From assembly GCA_964057225.1 (NCBI GenBank), contig OZ059900.1, positions 16,306,001 to 16,370,000 of the forward strand: a stretch of DNA of 64,000 nucleotides, read 5' to 3'. Numbering within the stretch: position 1 is the stretch's first letter; each line of letters opens with the position of its first letter. Below, one piece after another: positions 1-11,926 of the stretch. Below the pieces are notes generated by a model that searched no databases, was not told the DNA's origin, and worked only from the letters and a program-made list of their open reading frames with translations. A program made the translations under genes and the position numbers. The DNA is from Auanema rhodensis (Eukaryota; Animalia; Nematoda).

Positions 1-342
1 GGCGTGCCCTCAGAATATGCTAATTTCCTTAATTTTCTAACCCCTGTTTTTTTGTCGTGAAAGTGGAACTAGACGTTGTACGAACAATTTTGAGCTAAGT
101 TTCATTGACATTGCATGAGTTTGAACACATGAAATCGTAAGTCAAAACCTTGTTTACAGCGAAATTTCCAAAAACTGGTTTTCCAGCATAATAAAATATT
201 TCTCATGGGAAATACTGTGTTTTTGTTTTTTTCTAGTGTTCAGCATGTAAAATGCTTCATTTTAGTATGTAACACGCTGAAATTCGTTGCATTTGACGAC
301 TCATATGAACAAAAATCGATTTAATCAATATTAGCCATAAGG

Positions 343-833
343 GGCGTGCCCTCAGAATATACTAATTTCCTTAATTTTCTAACCCCTGTTTTTTTGTCGT
401 GAAAGTGGAACTAGACGTTGTACGAACAATTTTGAGCTAGGTTTCATTGACATTGCATGAGTTTGAACACATGAAATCGTAAGTCAAAGCCTTGTTTACA
501 GCGAAATTTCCAAAAACTGGTTTTCCAGCATAATAAAATATTTCTCATGGGAAATACTGTGTTTTTGTATTTTTCTAGTGTTCAGCATGTAAAATCCTTC
601 ATTTTAGTATGTAACACGCTGAAATTCGTTGCATTTGACAACTCATATGAACAAAAATCGATTTAATCAATATTAGCCATAATAAAATATTTCTCATGGG
701 AAATACTGTGTTTTTGTATTTTTCTAGTGTTCAGCATGTAAAATGATTCATTTTAGTATGTAACACGCTGAAATTCGTTGCATTTGACGACTCATATGAA
801 CAAAAATCGATTTAATCAATATTAGCCATAAGG
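343..833 (+). repeat. 491-bp long monomer variant (342 + 149-bp duplication of monomer positions 192-340)
   Basis: Junction TTAGCCATAA|TAAAATATTTCTC at 682/683. The next monomer starts at 834 = 343+491. Confidence 0.95.
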
Positions 834-1175
834 GGCGTGCCCTCAGAATATGCTAATTTCCTTAATTTTCTAACCCCTGTTTTTTTGTCGTGAAAGTGGA
901 ACTAGACGTTGTACGAACAATTTTGAGCTAGGTTTCATTGACATTGCATGAGTTTGAACACATGAAATCGTAAGTCAAAACCTTGTTTACAGCGAAATTT
1001 CCAAAAACTGGTTTTCCAGCATAATAAAATATTTCTCATGGGAAATACTGTGTTTTTGTATTTTTCTAGTGTTCAGCATGTAAAATGCTTCATTTTAGTA
1101 TGTAACACGCTGAAGTTCGTTGCATTTGACGACTCATATGAACAAAAATCGATTTAATCAATATTAGCCATAAGG

Positions 1176-1661
1176 GGCGTGCCCTCAGAATATGCTAATT
1201 TCCTTAACTTTCTAACCCCTGTTTTTTGTCGTGAAAGTGGAACTAGACCTTGTACGAACAATTTTGAGCTAAGTTTCATTGACATTGCATGAGTTTGAAC
1301 ACATGAAATCGTAAGTCAAAACCTTGTTTACAGCGATTTCAGCGTGTTACATACTAAAATGAAGCATTTCACATGCTGAACACTAGAAAAATACAAAAAC
1401 ACAGTATTTCCCATGAGAAATATTTTATTATGCTGGAAAACCAGTTTTTGGAAATTTCGCTGTAAACAAGGTTTTGACTTACGATTTCATGTGTTCAAAC
1501 TCATGCAATGTCAATGAAACTTAGCTCAAAATTGTTCGTACAACGTCTAGTTCCACTTTCACGACAAAAAAACAGGGGTTTGAAATACTGTGACGCTGAA
1601 ATTCGTTGCATTTGACGACTCATATGAACAAAAATCGATTTAATCAATATTAGCCATAAGG
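1176..1661. repeat. Inversion-bearing monomer variant (486 bp here because of a 1-bp T-run deletion); inverted segment 1336-1580
   Basis: After ...TACAGCG the sequence reads ATTTCAGCGTGTTAC...CAGGGGTT (reverse complement of monomer positions 283->39). It continues with T, GAAATACTGTG, and then forward sequence from position 274. Confidence 0.95.
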
Positions 1662-2152
1662 GGCGTGCCCTCAGAATATGCTAATTTCCTTAATTTTCTA
1701 ACCCCTGTTTTTTTGTCGTGAAAGTGGAACTAGACGTTGTACGAACAATTTTGAGCTAGGTTTCATTGACATTGCATGAGTTTGAACACATGAAATCGTA
1801 AGTCAAAGCCTTGTTTACAGCGAAATTTCCAAAAACTGGTTTTCCAGCATAATAAAATATTTCTCATGGGAAATACTGTGTTTTTGTATTTTTCTAGTGT
1901 TCAGCATGTAAAATCCTTCATTTTAGTATGTAACACGCTGAAATTCGTTGCATTTGACAACTCATATGAACAAAAATCGATTTAATCAATATTAGCCATA
2001 ATAAAATATTTCTCATGGGAAATACTGTGTTTTTGTATTTTTCTAGTGTTCAGCATGTAAAATGATTCATTTTAGTATGTAACACGCTGAAATTCGTTGC
2101 ATTTGACGACTCATATGAACAAAAATCGATTTAATCAATATTAGCCATAAGG
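1662..2152 (+). repeat. 491-bp long monomer variant
   Basis: Junction ATTAGCCATAA|TAAAATATT at 2001, with linked SNPs AAAGCC, AAATCCTT, GACAAC and ATGATT. Confidence 0.95.
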
Positions 2153-2836
2153 GGCGTGCCCTCAGAATATGCTAATTTCCTTAATTTTCTAACCCCTGTT
2201 TTTTTGTCGTGAAAGTGGAACTAGACGTTGTACGAACAATTTTGAGCTAAGTTTCATTGACATTGCATGAGTTTGAACACATGAAATCGTAAGTCAAAAC
2301 CTTGTTTACAGCGAAATTTCCAAAAACTGGTTTTCCAGCATAATAAAATATTTCTCATGGGAAATACTGTGTTTTTGTATTTTTCTAGTGTTCAGCATGT
2401 AAAATGCTTCATTTTAGTATGTAACACGCTGAAATTCGTTGCATTTGACGACTCATATGAACAAAAATCGATTTAATCAATATTAGCCATAAGGGGCGTG
2501 CCCTCAGAATATGCTAATTTCCTTAATTTTCTAACCCCTGTTTTTTTGTCGTGAAAGTGGAACTAGACGTTGTACGAACAATTTTGAGCTAAGTTTCATT
2601 GACATTGCATGAGTTTGAACACATGAAATCGTAAGTCAAAACCTTGTTTACAGCGAAATTTCCAAAAACTGGTTTTCCAGCATAATAAAATATTTCTCAT
2701 GGGAAATACTGTGTTTTTGTTTTTTTCTAGTGTTCAGCATGTAAAATGCTTCATTTTAGTATGTAACACGCTGAAATTCGTTGCATTTGACGACTCATAT
2801 GAACAAAAATCGATTTAATCAATATTAGCCATAAGG

Positions 2837-5800
2837 GGCGTGCCCTCAGAATATACTAATTTCCTTAATTTTCTAACCCCTGTTTTTTTGTCGTGAAAGT
2901 GGAACTAGACGTTGTACGAACAATTTTGAGCTAGGTTTCATTGACATTGCATGAGTTTGAACACATGAAATCGTAAGTCAAAACCTTGTTTACAGCGAAA
3001 TTTCCAAAAACTGGTTTTCCAGCATAATAAAATATTTCTCATGGGAAATACTGTGTTTTTGTATTTTTCTAGTGTTCAGCATGTAAAATGCTTCATTTTA
3101 GTATGTAACACGCTGAAATTCGTTGCATTTGACGACTCATATGAACAAAAATCGATTTAATCAATATTAGCCATAAGGGGCGTGCCCTCAGAATATGCTA
3201 ATTTCCTTAATTTTCTAACCCCTGTTTTTTTGTCGTGAAAGTGGAACTAGACGTTGTACGAACAATTTTGAGCTAAGTTTCATTGACATTGCATGAGTTT
3301 GAACACATGAAATCGTATGTCAAAACCTTGTTTACAGCGAAATTTCCAAAAACTGGTTTTCCAGCATAATAAAATATTTCTCATGGGAAATACTGTGTTT
3401 TTGTTTTTTTCTAGTGTTCAGCATGTAAAATGCTTCATTTTAGTATGTAACACGCTGAAATTCGTTGCATTTGACGACTCATATGAACAAAAATCGATTT
3501 AATCAATATTAGCCATAAGGGGCGTGCCCTCAGAATATACTAATTTCCTTAATTTTCTAACCCCTGTTTTTTTGTCGTGAAAGTGGAACTAGACGTTGTA
3601 CGAACAATTTTGAGCTAGGTTTCATTGACATTGCATGAGTTTGAACACATGAAATCGTAAGTCAAAACCTTGTTTACAGCGAAATTTCCAAAAACTGGTT
3701 TTCCAGCATAATAAAATATTTCTCATGGGAAATACTGTGTTTTTGTATTTTTCTAGTGTTCAGCATGTAAAATGCTTCATTTTAGTATGTAACACGCTGA
3801 AATTCGTTGCATTTGACGACTCATATGAACAAAAATCGATTTAATCAATATTAGCCATAAGGGGCGTGCCCTCAGAATATACTAATTTCCTTAATTTTCT
3901 AACCCCTGTTTTTTTGTCGTGAAAGTGGAACTAGACGTTGTACGAACAATTTTGAGCTAGGTTTCATTGACATTGCATGAGTTTGAACACATGAAATCGT
4001 AAGTCAAAACCTTGTTTACAGCGAAATTTCCAAAAACTGGTTTTCCAGCATAATAAAATATTTCTCATGGGAAATACTGTGTTTTTGTATTTTTCTAGTG
4101 TTCAGCATGTAAAATGCTTCATTTTAGTATGTAACACGCTGAAATTCGTTGCATTTGACGACTCATATGAACAAAAATCGATTTAATCATTATTAGCCAT
4201 AAGGGGCGTGCCCTCAGAATATGCTAATTTCCTTAATTTTCTAACCCCTGTTTTTTTGTCGTGAAAGTGGAACTAGACGTTGTACGAACAATTTTGAGTT
4301 AGGTTTCATTGACATTGCATGAGTTTGAACACATGAAATCGTAAGTCAAAACCTTGTTTACAGCGAAATTTCCAAAAACTGGTTTTCCAGCATAATAAAA
4401 TATTTCTCATGGGAAATACTGTGTTTTTGTATTTTTCTAGTGTTCAGCATGTAAAATGCTTCATTTTAGTATGTAACACGCTGAAATTCGTTGCATTTGA
4501 CGACTCATATGAACAAAAATCGATTTAATCAATATTAGCCATAAGGGGCGTGCCCTCAGAATATGCTAATTTCCTTAATTTTCTAACCCCTGTTTTTTTG
4601 TCGTGAAAGTGGAACTAGACGTTGTACGAACAATTTTGAGCTAGGTTTCATTGACATTGCATGAGTTTGAACACATGAAATCGTAAGTCAAAACCTTGTT
4701 TACAGCGAAATTTCCAAAAACTGGTTTTCCAGCATAATAAAATATTTCTCATGGGAAATACTGTGTTTTTGTATTTTTCTAGTGTTCAGCATGTAAAATG
4801 CTTCATTTTAGTATGTAACACGCTGAAATTCGTTGCATTTGACGACTCATATGAACAAAAATCGATTTAATCAATATTAGCCATAAGGGGCGTGCCCTCA
4901 GAATATACTAATTTCCTTAATTTTCTAACCCCTGTTTTTTTGTCGTGAAAGTGGAACTAGACGTTGTACGAACAATTTTGAGCTAGGTTTCATTGACATT
5001 GCATGAGTTTGAACACATGCAATCGTAAGTCAAAACCTTGTTTACAGCGAAATTTCCAAAAACTGGTTTTCCAGCATAATAAAATATTTCTCATGGGAAA
5101 TACTGTGTTTTTGTATTTTTCTAGTGTTCAGCATGTAAAATGCTTCATTTTAGTATGTAACACGCTGAAATTCGTTGCATTTGACGACTCATATGAACAA
5201 AAATCGATTTAATCAATATTAGCCATAAGGGGCGTGCCCTCAGAATATGCTAATTTCCTTAATTTTCTAACCCCTGTTTTTTTGTCGTGAAAGTGGAACT
5301 AGACGTTGTACGAACAATTTTGAGCTAAGTTTCATTGACATTGCATGAGTTTGAACACATGAAATCGTATGTCAAAACCTTGTTTACAGCGAAATTTCCA
5401 AAAACTGGTTTTCCAGCATAATAAAATATTTCTCATGGGAAATACTGTGTTTTTGTTTTTTTCTAGTGTTCAGCATGTAAAATGCTTCATTTTAGTATGT
5501 AACACGCTGAAATTCGTTGCATTTGACGACTCATATGAACAAAAATCGATTTAATCAATATTAGCCATAAGGGGCGTGCCCTCAGAATATACTAATTTCC
5601 TTAATTTTCTAACCCCTGTTTTTTTGTCGTGAAAGTGGAACTAGACGTTGTACGAACAATTTTGAGCTAGGTTTCATTGACATTGCATGAGTTTGAACAC
5701 ATGAAATCGTAAGTCAAAACCTTGTTTACAGCGAAATTTCCAAAAACTGGTTTTCCAGCATAATAAAATATTTCTCATGGGAAATACTGTGTTTTTGTAT

Positions 5801-6940
5801 TTTTCTAGTGTTCAGCATGTAAAATGCTTCATTTTAGTATGTAACACGCTGAAATTCGTTGCATTTGACGACTCATATGAACAAAAATCGATTTAATCAA
5901 TATTAGCCATAAGGGGCGTGCCCTCAGAATATACTAATTTCCTTAATTTTCTAACCCCTGTTTTTTTGTCGTGAAAGTGGAACTAGACGTTGTACGAACA
6001 ATTTTGAGCTAGGTTTCATTGACATTGCATGAGTTTGAACACATGAAATCGTAAGTCAAAACCTTGTTTACAGCGAAATTTCCAAAAACTGGTTTTCCAG
6101 CATAATAAAATATTTCTCATGGGAAATACTGTGTTTTTGTATTTTTCTAGTGTTCAGCATGTAAAATGCTTCATTTTAGTATGTAACACGCTGAAATTCG
6201 TTGCATTTGACGACTCATATGAACAAAAATCGATTTAATCATTATTAGCCATAAGGGGCGTGCCCTCAGAATATGCTAATTTCCTTAATTTTCTAACCCC
6301 TGTTTTTTTGTCGTGAAAGTGGAACTAGACGTTGTACGAACAATTTTGAGTTAGGTTTCATTGACATTGCATGAGTTTGAACACATGAAATCGTAAGTCA
6401 AAACCTTGTTTACAGCGAAATTTCCAAAAACTGGTTTTCCAGCATAATAAAATATTTCTCATGGGAAATACTGTGTTTTTGTATTTTTCTAGTGTTCAGC
6501 ATGTAAAATGCTTCATTTTAGTATGTAACACGCTGAAATTCGTTGCATTTGACGACTCATATGAACAAAAATCGATTTAATCAATATTAGCCATAAGGGG
6601 CGTGCCCTCAGAATATGCTAATTTCCTTAATTTTCTAACCCCTGTTTTTTTGTCGTGAAAGTGGAACTAGACGTTGTACGAACAATTTTGAGTTAGGTTT
6701 CATTGACATTGCATGAGTTTGAACACATGAAATCGTAAGTCAAAACCTTGTTTACAGCGAAATTTCCAAAAACTGGTTTTCCAGCATAATAAAATATTTC
6801 TCATGGGAAATACTGTGTTTTTGTATTTTTCTAGTGTTCAGCATGTAAAATGCTTCATTTTAGTATGTAACACGCTGAAATTCGTTGCATTTGACGACTC
6901 ATATGAACAAAAATCGATTTAATCAATATTAGCTATAAGG
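2837..6940 (+). repeat. Tandem duplication of a 6-monomer block (period 2052 bp)
   Basis: CGTATG variant (ORF starts 3317 and 5369) and TCATTATT variant (4190 and 6242) are both offset by 2052. ATATAC and GAGTTAGG variants occur in the same order. The last monomer of each copy differs slightly. Confidence 0.85.
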
Positions 6941-7624
6941 GGCGTGCCCTCAGAATATGCTAATTTCCTTAATTTTCTAACCCCTGTTTTTTTGTCGTGA
7001 AAGTAGAACTAGACGTTGTACGAACAATTTTGAGCTAGGTTTCATTGACATTGCATGAGTTTGAACACATGAAATCGTAAGTCAAAACCTTGTTTACAGC
7101 GAAATTTCCAAAAACTGGTTTTCCAGCATAATAAAATATTTCTCATGGGAAATACTGTGTTTTTGTATTTTTCTAGTGTTCAGCATGTAAAATGCTTCAT
7201 TTTAGTATGTAACACGCTGAAATTCGTTGCATTTGACGACTCATATGAACAAAAATCGATTTAATCATTATTAGCCATAAGGGGCATGCCCTCAGAATAT
7301 GCTAATTTCCTTAATTTTCTAACCCCTGTTTTTTTGTCGTGAAAGTGGAACAAGACGTTGTACGAACAATTTTGAGTTAGGTTTCATTGACATTGCATGA
7401 GTTTGAACACATGAAATCGTAAGTCAAAACCTTGTTTACAGCGAAATTTCCAAAAACTGGTTTTCCAGCATAATAAAATATTTTTCATGGGAAATACTGT
7501 GTTTTTGTATTTTTCTAGTGTTCAGCATGTAAAATGCTTCATTTTAGTATGTAACACGCTGAAATTTGTTGCATTTGACGACTCATATGAACAAAAATCG
7601 ATTTAATCAATATTAGCCATAAGG

Positions 7625-8111
7625 GGCGTGCCCTCAGAATATGCTAATTTCCTTAATTTTCTAACCCCTGTTTTTTTGTCGTGAAAGTGGAACTAGACGT
7701 TGTACGAACAATTTTGAGTTAGGTTTCATTGACATTGCATGAGTTTGAACACATGAAATCGTAAGTCAAAACCTTGTTTACAGCGATTTCAGCGTGTTAC
7801 ATACTAAAATGAAGCATTTTACATGCTGAACACTAGAAAAATACAAAAACACAGTATTTCCCATGAGAAATATTTTATTATGCTGGAAAACCAGTTTTTG
7901 GAAATTTCGCTGTAAACAAGGTTTTGACTTACGATTTCATGTGTTCAAACTCATGCAATGTCAATGAAACTTAGCTCAAAATTGTTCGTACAACGTCTAG
8001 TTCCACTTTCACGACAAAAAAACAGGGGTTTGAAATACTGTGACGCTGAAATTCGTTGCATTTGACGACTCATATGAACAAAAATCGATTTAATCAATAT
8101 TAGCCATAAGG
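7625..8111. repeat. 487-bp inversion-bearing monomer; inverted segment 7786-8030
   Basis: Same junctions CAGCG|ATTTCAGCG and GGGGTT|T|GAAATACTGTG|ACGCTG. Confidence 0.95.
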
Positions 8112-8453
8112 GGCGTGCCCTCAGAATATGCTAATTTCCTTAATTTTCTAACCCCTGTTTTTTTGTCGTGAAAGTGGAACTAGACGTTGTACGAACAATT
8201 TTGAGCTAGGTTTCATTGACATTGCATGAGTTTGAACACATGAAATCGTAAGTCAAAACCTTGTTTACAGCGAAATTTCCAAAAACTGGTTTTCCAGCAT
8301 AATAAAATATTTCTCATGGGAAATACTGTGTTTTTGTATTTTTCTAGTGTTCAGCATGTAAAATGCTTCATTTTAGTATGTAACACGCTGAAATTCGTTG
8401 CATTTGACGACTCATATGAACAAAAATCGATTTAATCAATATTAGCCATAAGG

Positions 8454-8940
8454 GGCGTGCCCTCAGAATATGCTAATTTCCTTAATTTTCTAACCCCTGT
8501 TTTTTTGTCGTGAAAGTGGAACTAGACGTTGTACGAACAATTTTGAGTTAGGTTTCATTGACATTGCATGAGTTTGAACACATGAAATCGTAAGTCAAAA
8601 CCTTGTTTACAGCGATTTCAGCGTGTTACATACTAAAATGAAGCATTTTACATGCTGAACACTAGAAAAATACAAAAACACAGTATTTCCCATGAGAAAT
8701 ATTTTATTATGCTGGAAAACCAGTTTTTGGAAATTTCGCTGTAAACAAGGTTTTGACTTACGATTTCATGTGTTCAAACTCATGCAATGTCAATGAAACT
8801 TAGCTCAAAATTGTTCGTACAACGTCTAGTTCCACTTTCACGACAAAAAAACAGGGGTTTGAAATACTGTGACGCTGAAATTCGTTGCATTTGACGACTC
8901 ATATGAACAAAAATCGATTTAATCAATATTAGCCATAAGG
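8454..8940. repeat. 487-bp inversion-bearing monomer; inverted segment 8615-8859
   Basis: Identical junctions; lies 829 bp (487+342) after the previous copy. Confidence 0.95.
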
Positions 8941-9624
8941 GGCGTGCCCTCAGAATATGCTAATTTCCTTAATTTTCTAACCCCTGTTTTTTTGTCGTGA
9001 AAGTGGAACTAGACGTTGTACGAACAATTTTGAGCTAGGTTTCATTGACATTGCATGAGTTTGAACACATGAAATCGTAAGTCAAAACCTTGTTTACAGC
9101 GAAATTTCCAAAAACTGGTTTTCCAGTATAATAAAATATTTCTCATGGGAAATACTGTGTTTTTGTATTTTTCTAGTGTTCAGCATGTAAAATGCTTCAT
9201 TTTAGTATGTAACACGCTGAAATTCGTTGCATTTGACGACTCATATGAACAAAAATCGATTTAATCAATATTAGCCATAAGGGGCGTGCCCTCAGAATAT
9301 GCTAATTTCCTTAATTTTCTAACCCCTGTTTTTTTGTCGTGAAAGTGGAACTAGACGTTGTACGAACAATTTTGAGCTAGGTTTCATTGACATTGCATGA
9401 GTTTGAACACATGAAATCGTAAGTCAAAACCTTGTTTACAGCGAAATTTCCAAAAACTGGTTTTCCAGCATAATAAAATATTTCTCATGGGAAATACTGT
9501 GTTTTTGTATTTTTCTAGTGTTCAGCATGTAAAATGCTTCATTTTAGTATGTAACACGCTGAAATTCGTTGCATTTGACGACTCATATGAACAAAAATCG
9601 ATTTAATCAATATTAGCCATAAGG

Positions 9625-10111
9625 GGCGTGCCCTCAGAATATGCTAATTTCCTTAATTTTCTAACCCCTGTTTTTTTGTCGTGAAAGTGGAACTAGACGA
9701 TGTACGAACAATTTTGAGTTAGGTTTCATTGACATTGCATGAGTTTGAACACATGAAATCGTAAGTCAAAACCTTGTTTACAGCGATTTCAGCGTGTTAC
9801 ATACTAAAATGAAGCATTTTACATGCTGAACACTAGAAAAATACAAAAACACAGTATTTCCCATGAGAAATATTTTATTATGCTGGAAAACCAGTTTTTG
9901 GAAATTTCGCTGTAAACAAGGTTTTGACTTACGATTTCATGTGTTCAAACTCATGCAATGTCAATGAAACTTAGCTCAAAATTGTTCGTACAACGTCTAG
10001 TTCCACTTTCACGACAAAAAAACAGGGGTTTGAAATACTGTGACGCTGAAATTCGTTGCATTTGACGACTCATATGAACAAAAATCGATTTAATCAATAT
10101 TAGCCATAAGG
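9625..10111. repeat. 487-bp inversion-bearing monomer; inverted segment 9786-10030
   Basis: Identical junctions; lies 1171 bp (487+2x342) after the previous copy. Confidence 0.95.
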
Positions 10112-10453
10112 GGCGTGCCCTCAGAATATGCTAATTTCCTTAATTTTCTAACCCCTGTTTTTTTGTCGTGAAAGTGGAACTAGACGTTGTACGAACAATT
10201 TTGAGCTAGGTTTCATTGACATTGCATGAGTTTGAACACATGAAATCGTAAGTCAAAACCTTGTTTACAGCGAAATTTCCAAAAACTGGTTTTCCAGTAT
10301 AATAAAATATTTCTCATGGGAAATACTGTGTTTTTGTATTTTTCTAGTGTTCAGCATGTAAAATGCTTCATTTTAGTATGTAACACGCTGAAATTCGTTG
10401 CATTTGACGACTCATATGAACAAAAATCGATTTAATCAATATTAGCCATGAGG

Positions 10454-11926
10454 GGCGTGCCCTCAGAATATGCTAATTTCCTTAATTTTCTAACCCCTGT
10501 TTTTTTGTCGTGAAAGTGGAACTAGACGTTGTACGAACAATTTTGAGCTAGGTTTCATTGACATTGCATGAGTTTGAACACATGAAATCGTAAGTCAAAG
10601 CCTTGTTTACAGCGAAATTTCCAAAAACTGGTTTTCCAGCATAATAAAATATTTCTCATGGGAAATACTGTGTTTTTGTATTTTTCTAGTGTTCAGCATG
10701 TAAAATCCTTCATTTTAGTATGTAACACGCTGAAATTCGTTGCATTTGACAACTCATATGAACAAAAATCGATTTAATCAATATTAGCCATAATAAAATA
10801 TTTCTCATGGGAAATACTGTGTTTTTGTATTTTTCTAGTGTTCAGCATGTAAAATGATTCATTTTAGTATGTAACACGCTGAAATTCGTTGCATTTGACG
10901 ACTCATATGAACAAAAATCGATTTAATCAATATTAGCCATAAGGGGCGTGCCCTCAGAATATGCTAATTTCCTTAATTTTCTAACCCCTGTTTTTTTGTC
11001 GTGAAAGTGGAACTAGACGTTGTACGAACAATTTTGAGCTAGGTTTCATTGACATTGCATGAGTTTGAACACATGAAATCGTAAGTCAAAACCTTGTTTA
11101 CAGCGAAATTTCCAAAAACTGGTTTTCCAGCATAATAAAATATTTCTCATGGGAAATACTGTGTTTTTGTATTTTTCTAGTGTTCAGCATGTAAAATGCT
11201 TCATTTTAGTATGTAACACGCTGAAATTCGTTGCATTTGACGACTCATATGAACAAAAATCGATTTAATCAATATTAGCCATAATAAAATATTTCTCATG
11301 GGAAATACTGTGTTTTTGTATTTTTCTAGTGTTCAGCATGTAAAATGATTCATTTTAGTATGTAACACGCTGAAATTCGTTGCATTTGACGACTCATATG
11401 AACAAAAATCGATTTAATCAATATTAGCCATAAGGGGCGTGCCCTCAGAATATGCTAATTTCCTTAATTTTCTAACCCCTGTTTTTTTGTCGTGAAAGTG
11501 GAACTAGACGTTGTACGAACAATTTTGAGCTAGGTTTCATTGACATTGCATGAGTTTGAACACATGAAATCGTAAGTCAAAGCCTTGTTTACAGCGAAAT
11601 TTCCAAAAACTGGTTTTCCAGCATAATAAAATATTTCTCATGGGAAATACTGTGTTTTTGTATTTTTCTAGTGTTCAGCATGTAAAATCCTTCATTTTAG
11701 TATGTAACACGCTGAAATTCGTTGCATTTGACAACTCATATGAACAAAAATCGATTTAATCAATATTAGCCATAATAAAATATTTCTCATGGGAAATACT
11801 GTGTTTTTGTATTTTTCTAGTGTTCAGCATGTAAAATGATTCATTTTAGTATGTAACACGCTGAAATTCGTTGCATTTGACGACTCATATGAACAAAAAT
11901 CGATTTAATCAATATTAGCCATAAGG
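10454..11926 (+). repeat. Run of three consecutive 491-bp monomers
   Basis: Duplication junctions at 10793, 11284 and 11775 (spacing 491). Confidence 0.93.

Noticed and set aside
37-99. Telomere-like motifs (CTAACCCC; TTAGG in the GAGTTAGG variant)
   Set aside because: Single isolated motifs, not tandem, and expected by chance.
1-342. Primate alpha-satellite dimer (2x171 bp) or a named beetle satellite of similar length
   Set aside because: Only the length coincides. I see no alphoid consensus similarity beyond a partial box-like motif, and a species or family assignment needs a BLAST/Repbase/Dfam search that I cannot run.
1-342. 5S rRNA, tRNA or snRNA tandem gene unit
   Set aside because: No recognisable 5S, tRNA cloverleaf, A/B-box or spliced-leader sequence by eye. 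An Infernal/Rfam scan would settle it.
1214-1580. MITE or foldback transposon with terminal inverted repeats
   Set aside because: The inverted arms and spacer are entirely satellite-derived, with no target-site duplication or foreign internal sequence.
3317-3502. 61-aa ORF MSKPCLQRN... (also 5369-5554 and 17255-17440)
   Set aside because: Created by one SNP (CGTAAG>CGTATG) in three of ~180 monomers. It resembles no protein I recognise, and the frame is just satellite sequence.
5003-5212. 69-aa ORF
   Set aside because: Arises from a single TGA>TGC change in one monomer; no evidence of coding function.
7282-7291. p53-type half-site GGGCATGCCC, and a CSL-like ATGGGAA in each monomer
   Set aside because: The first is a single half-site in one monomer and the second is an imperfect short match. 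Neither has supporting context.
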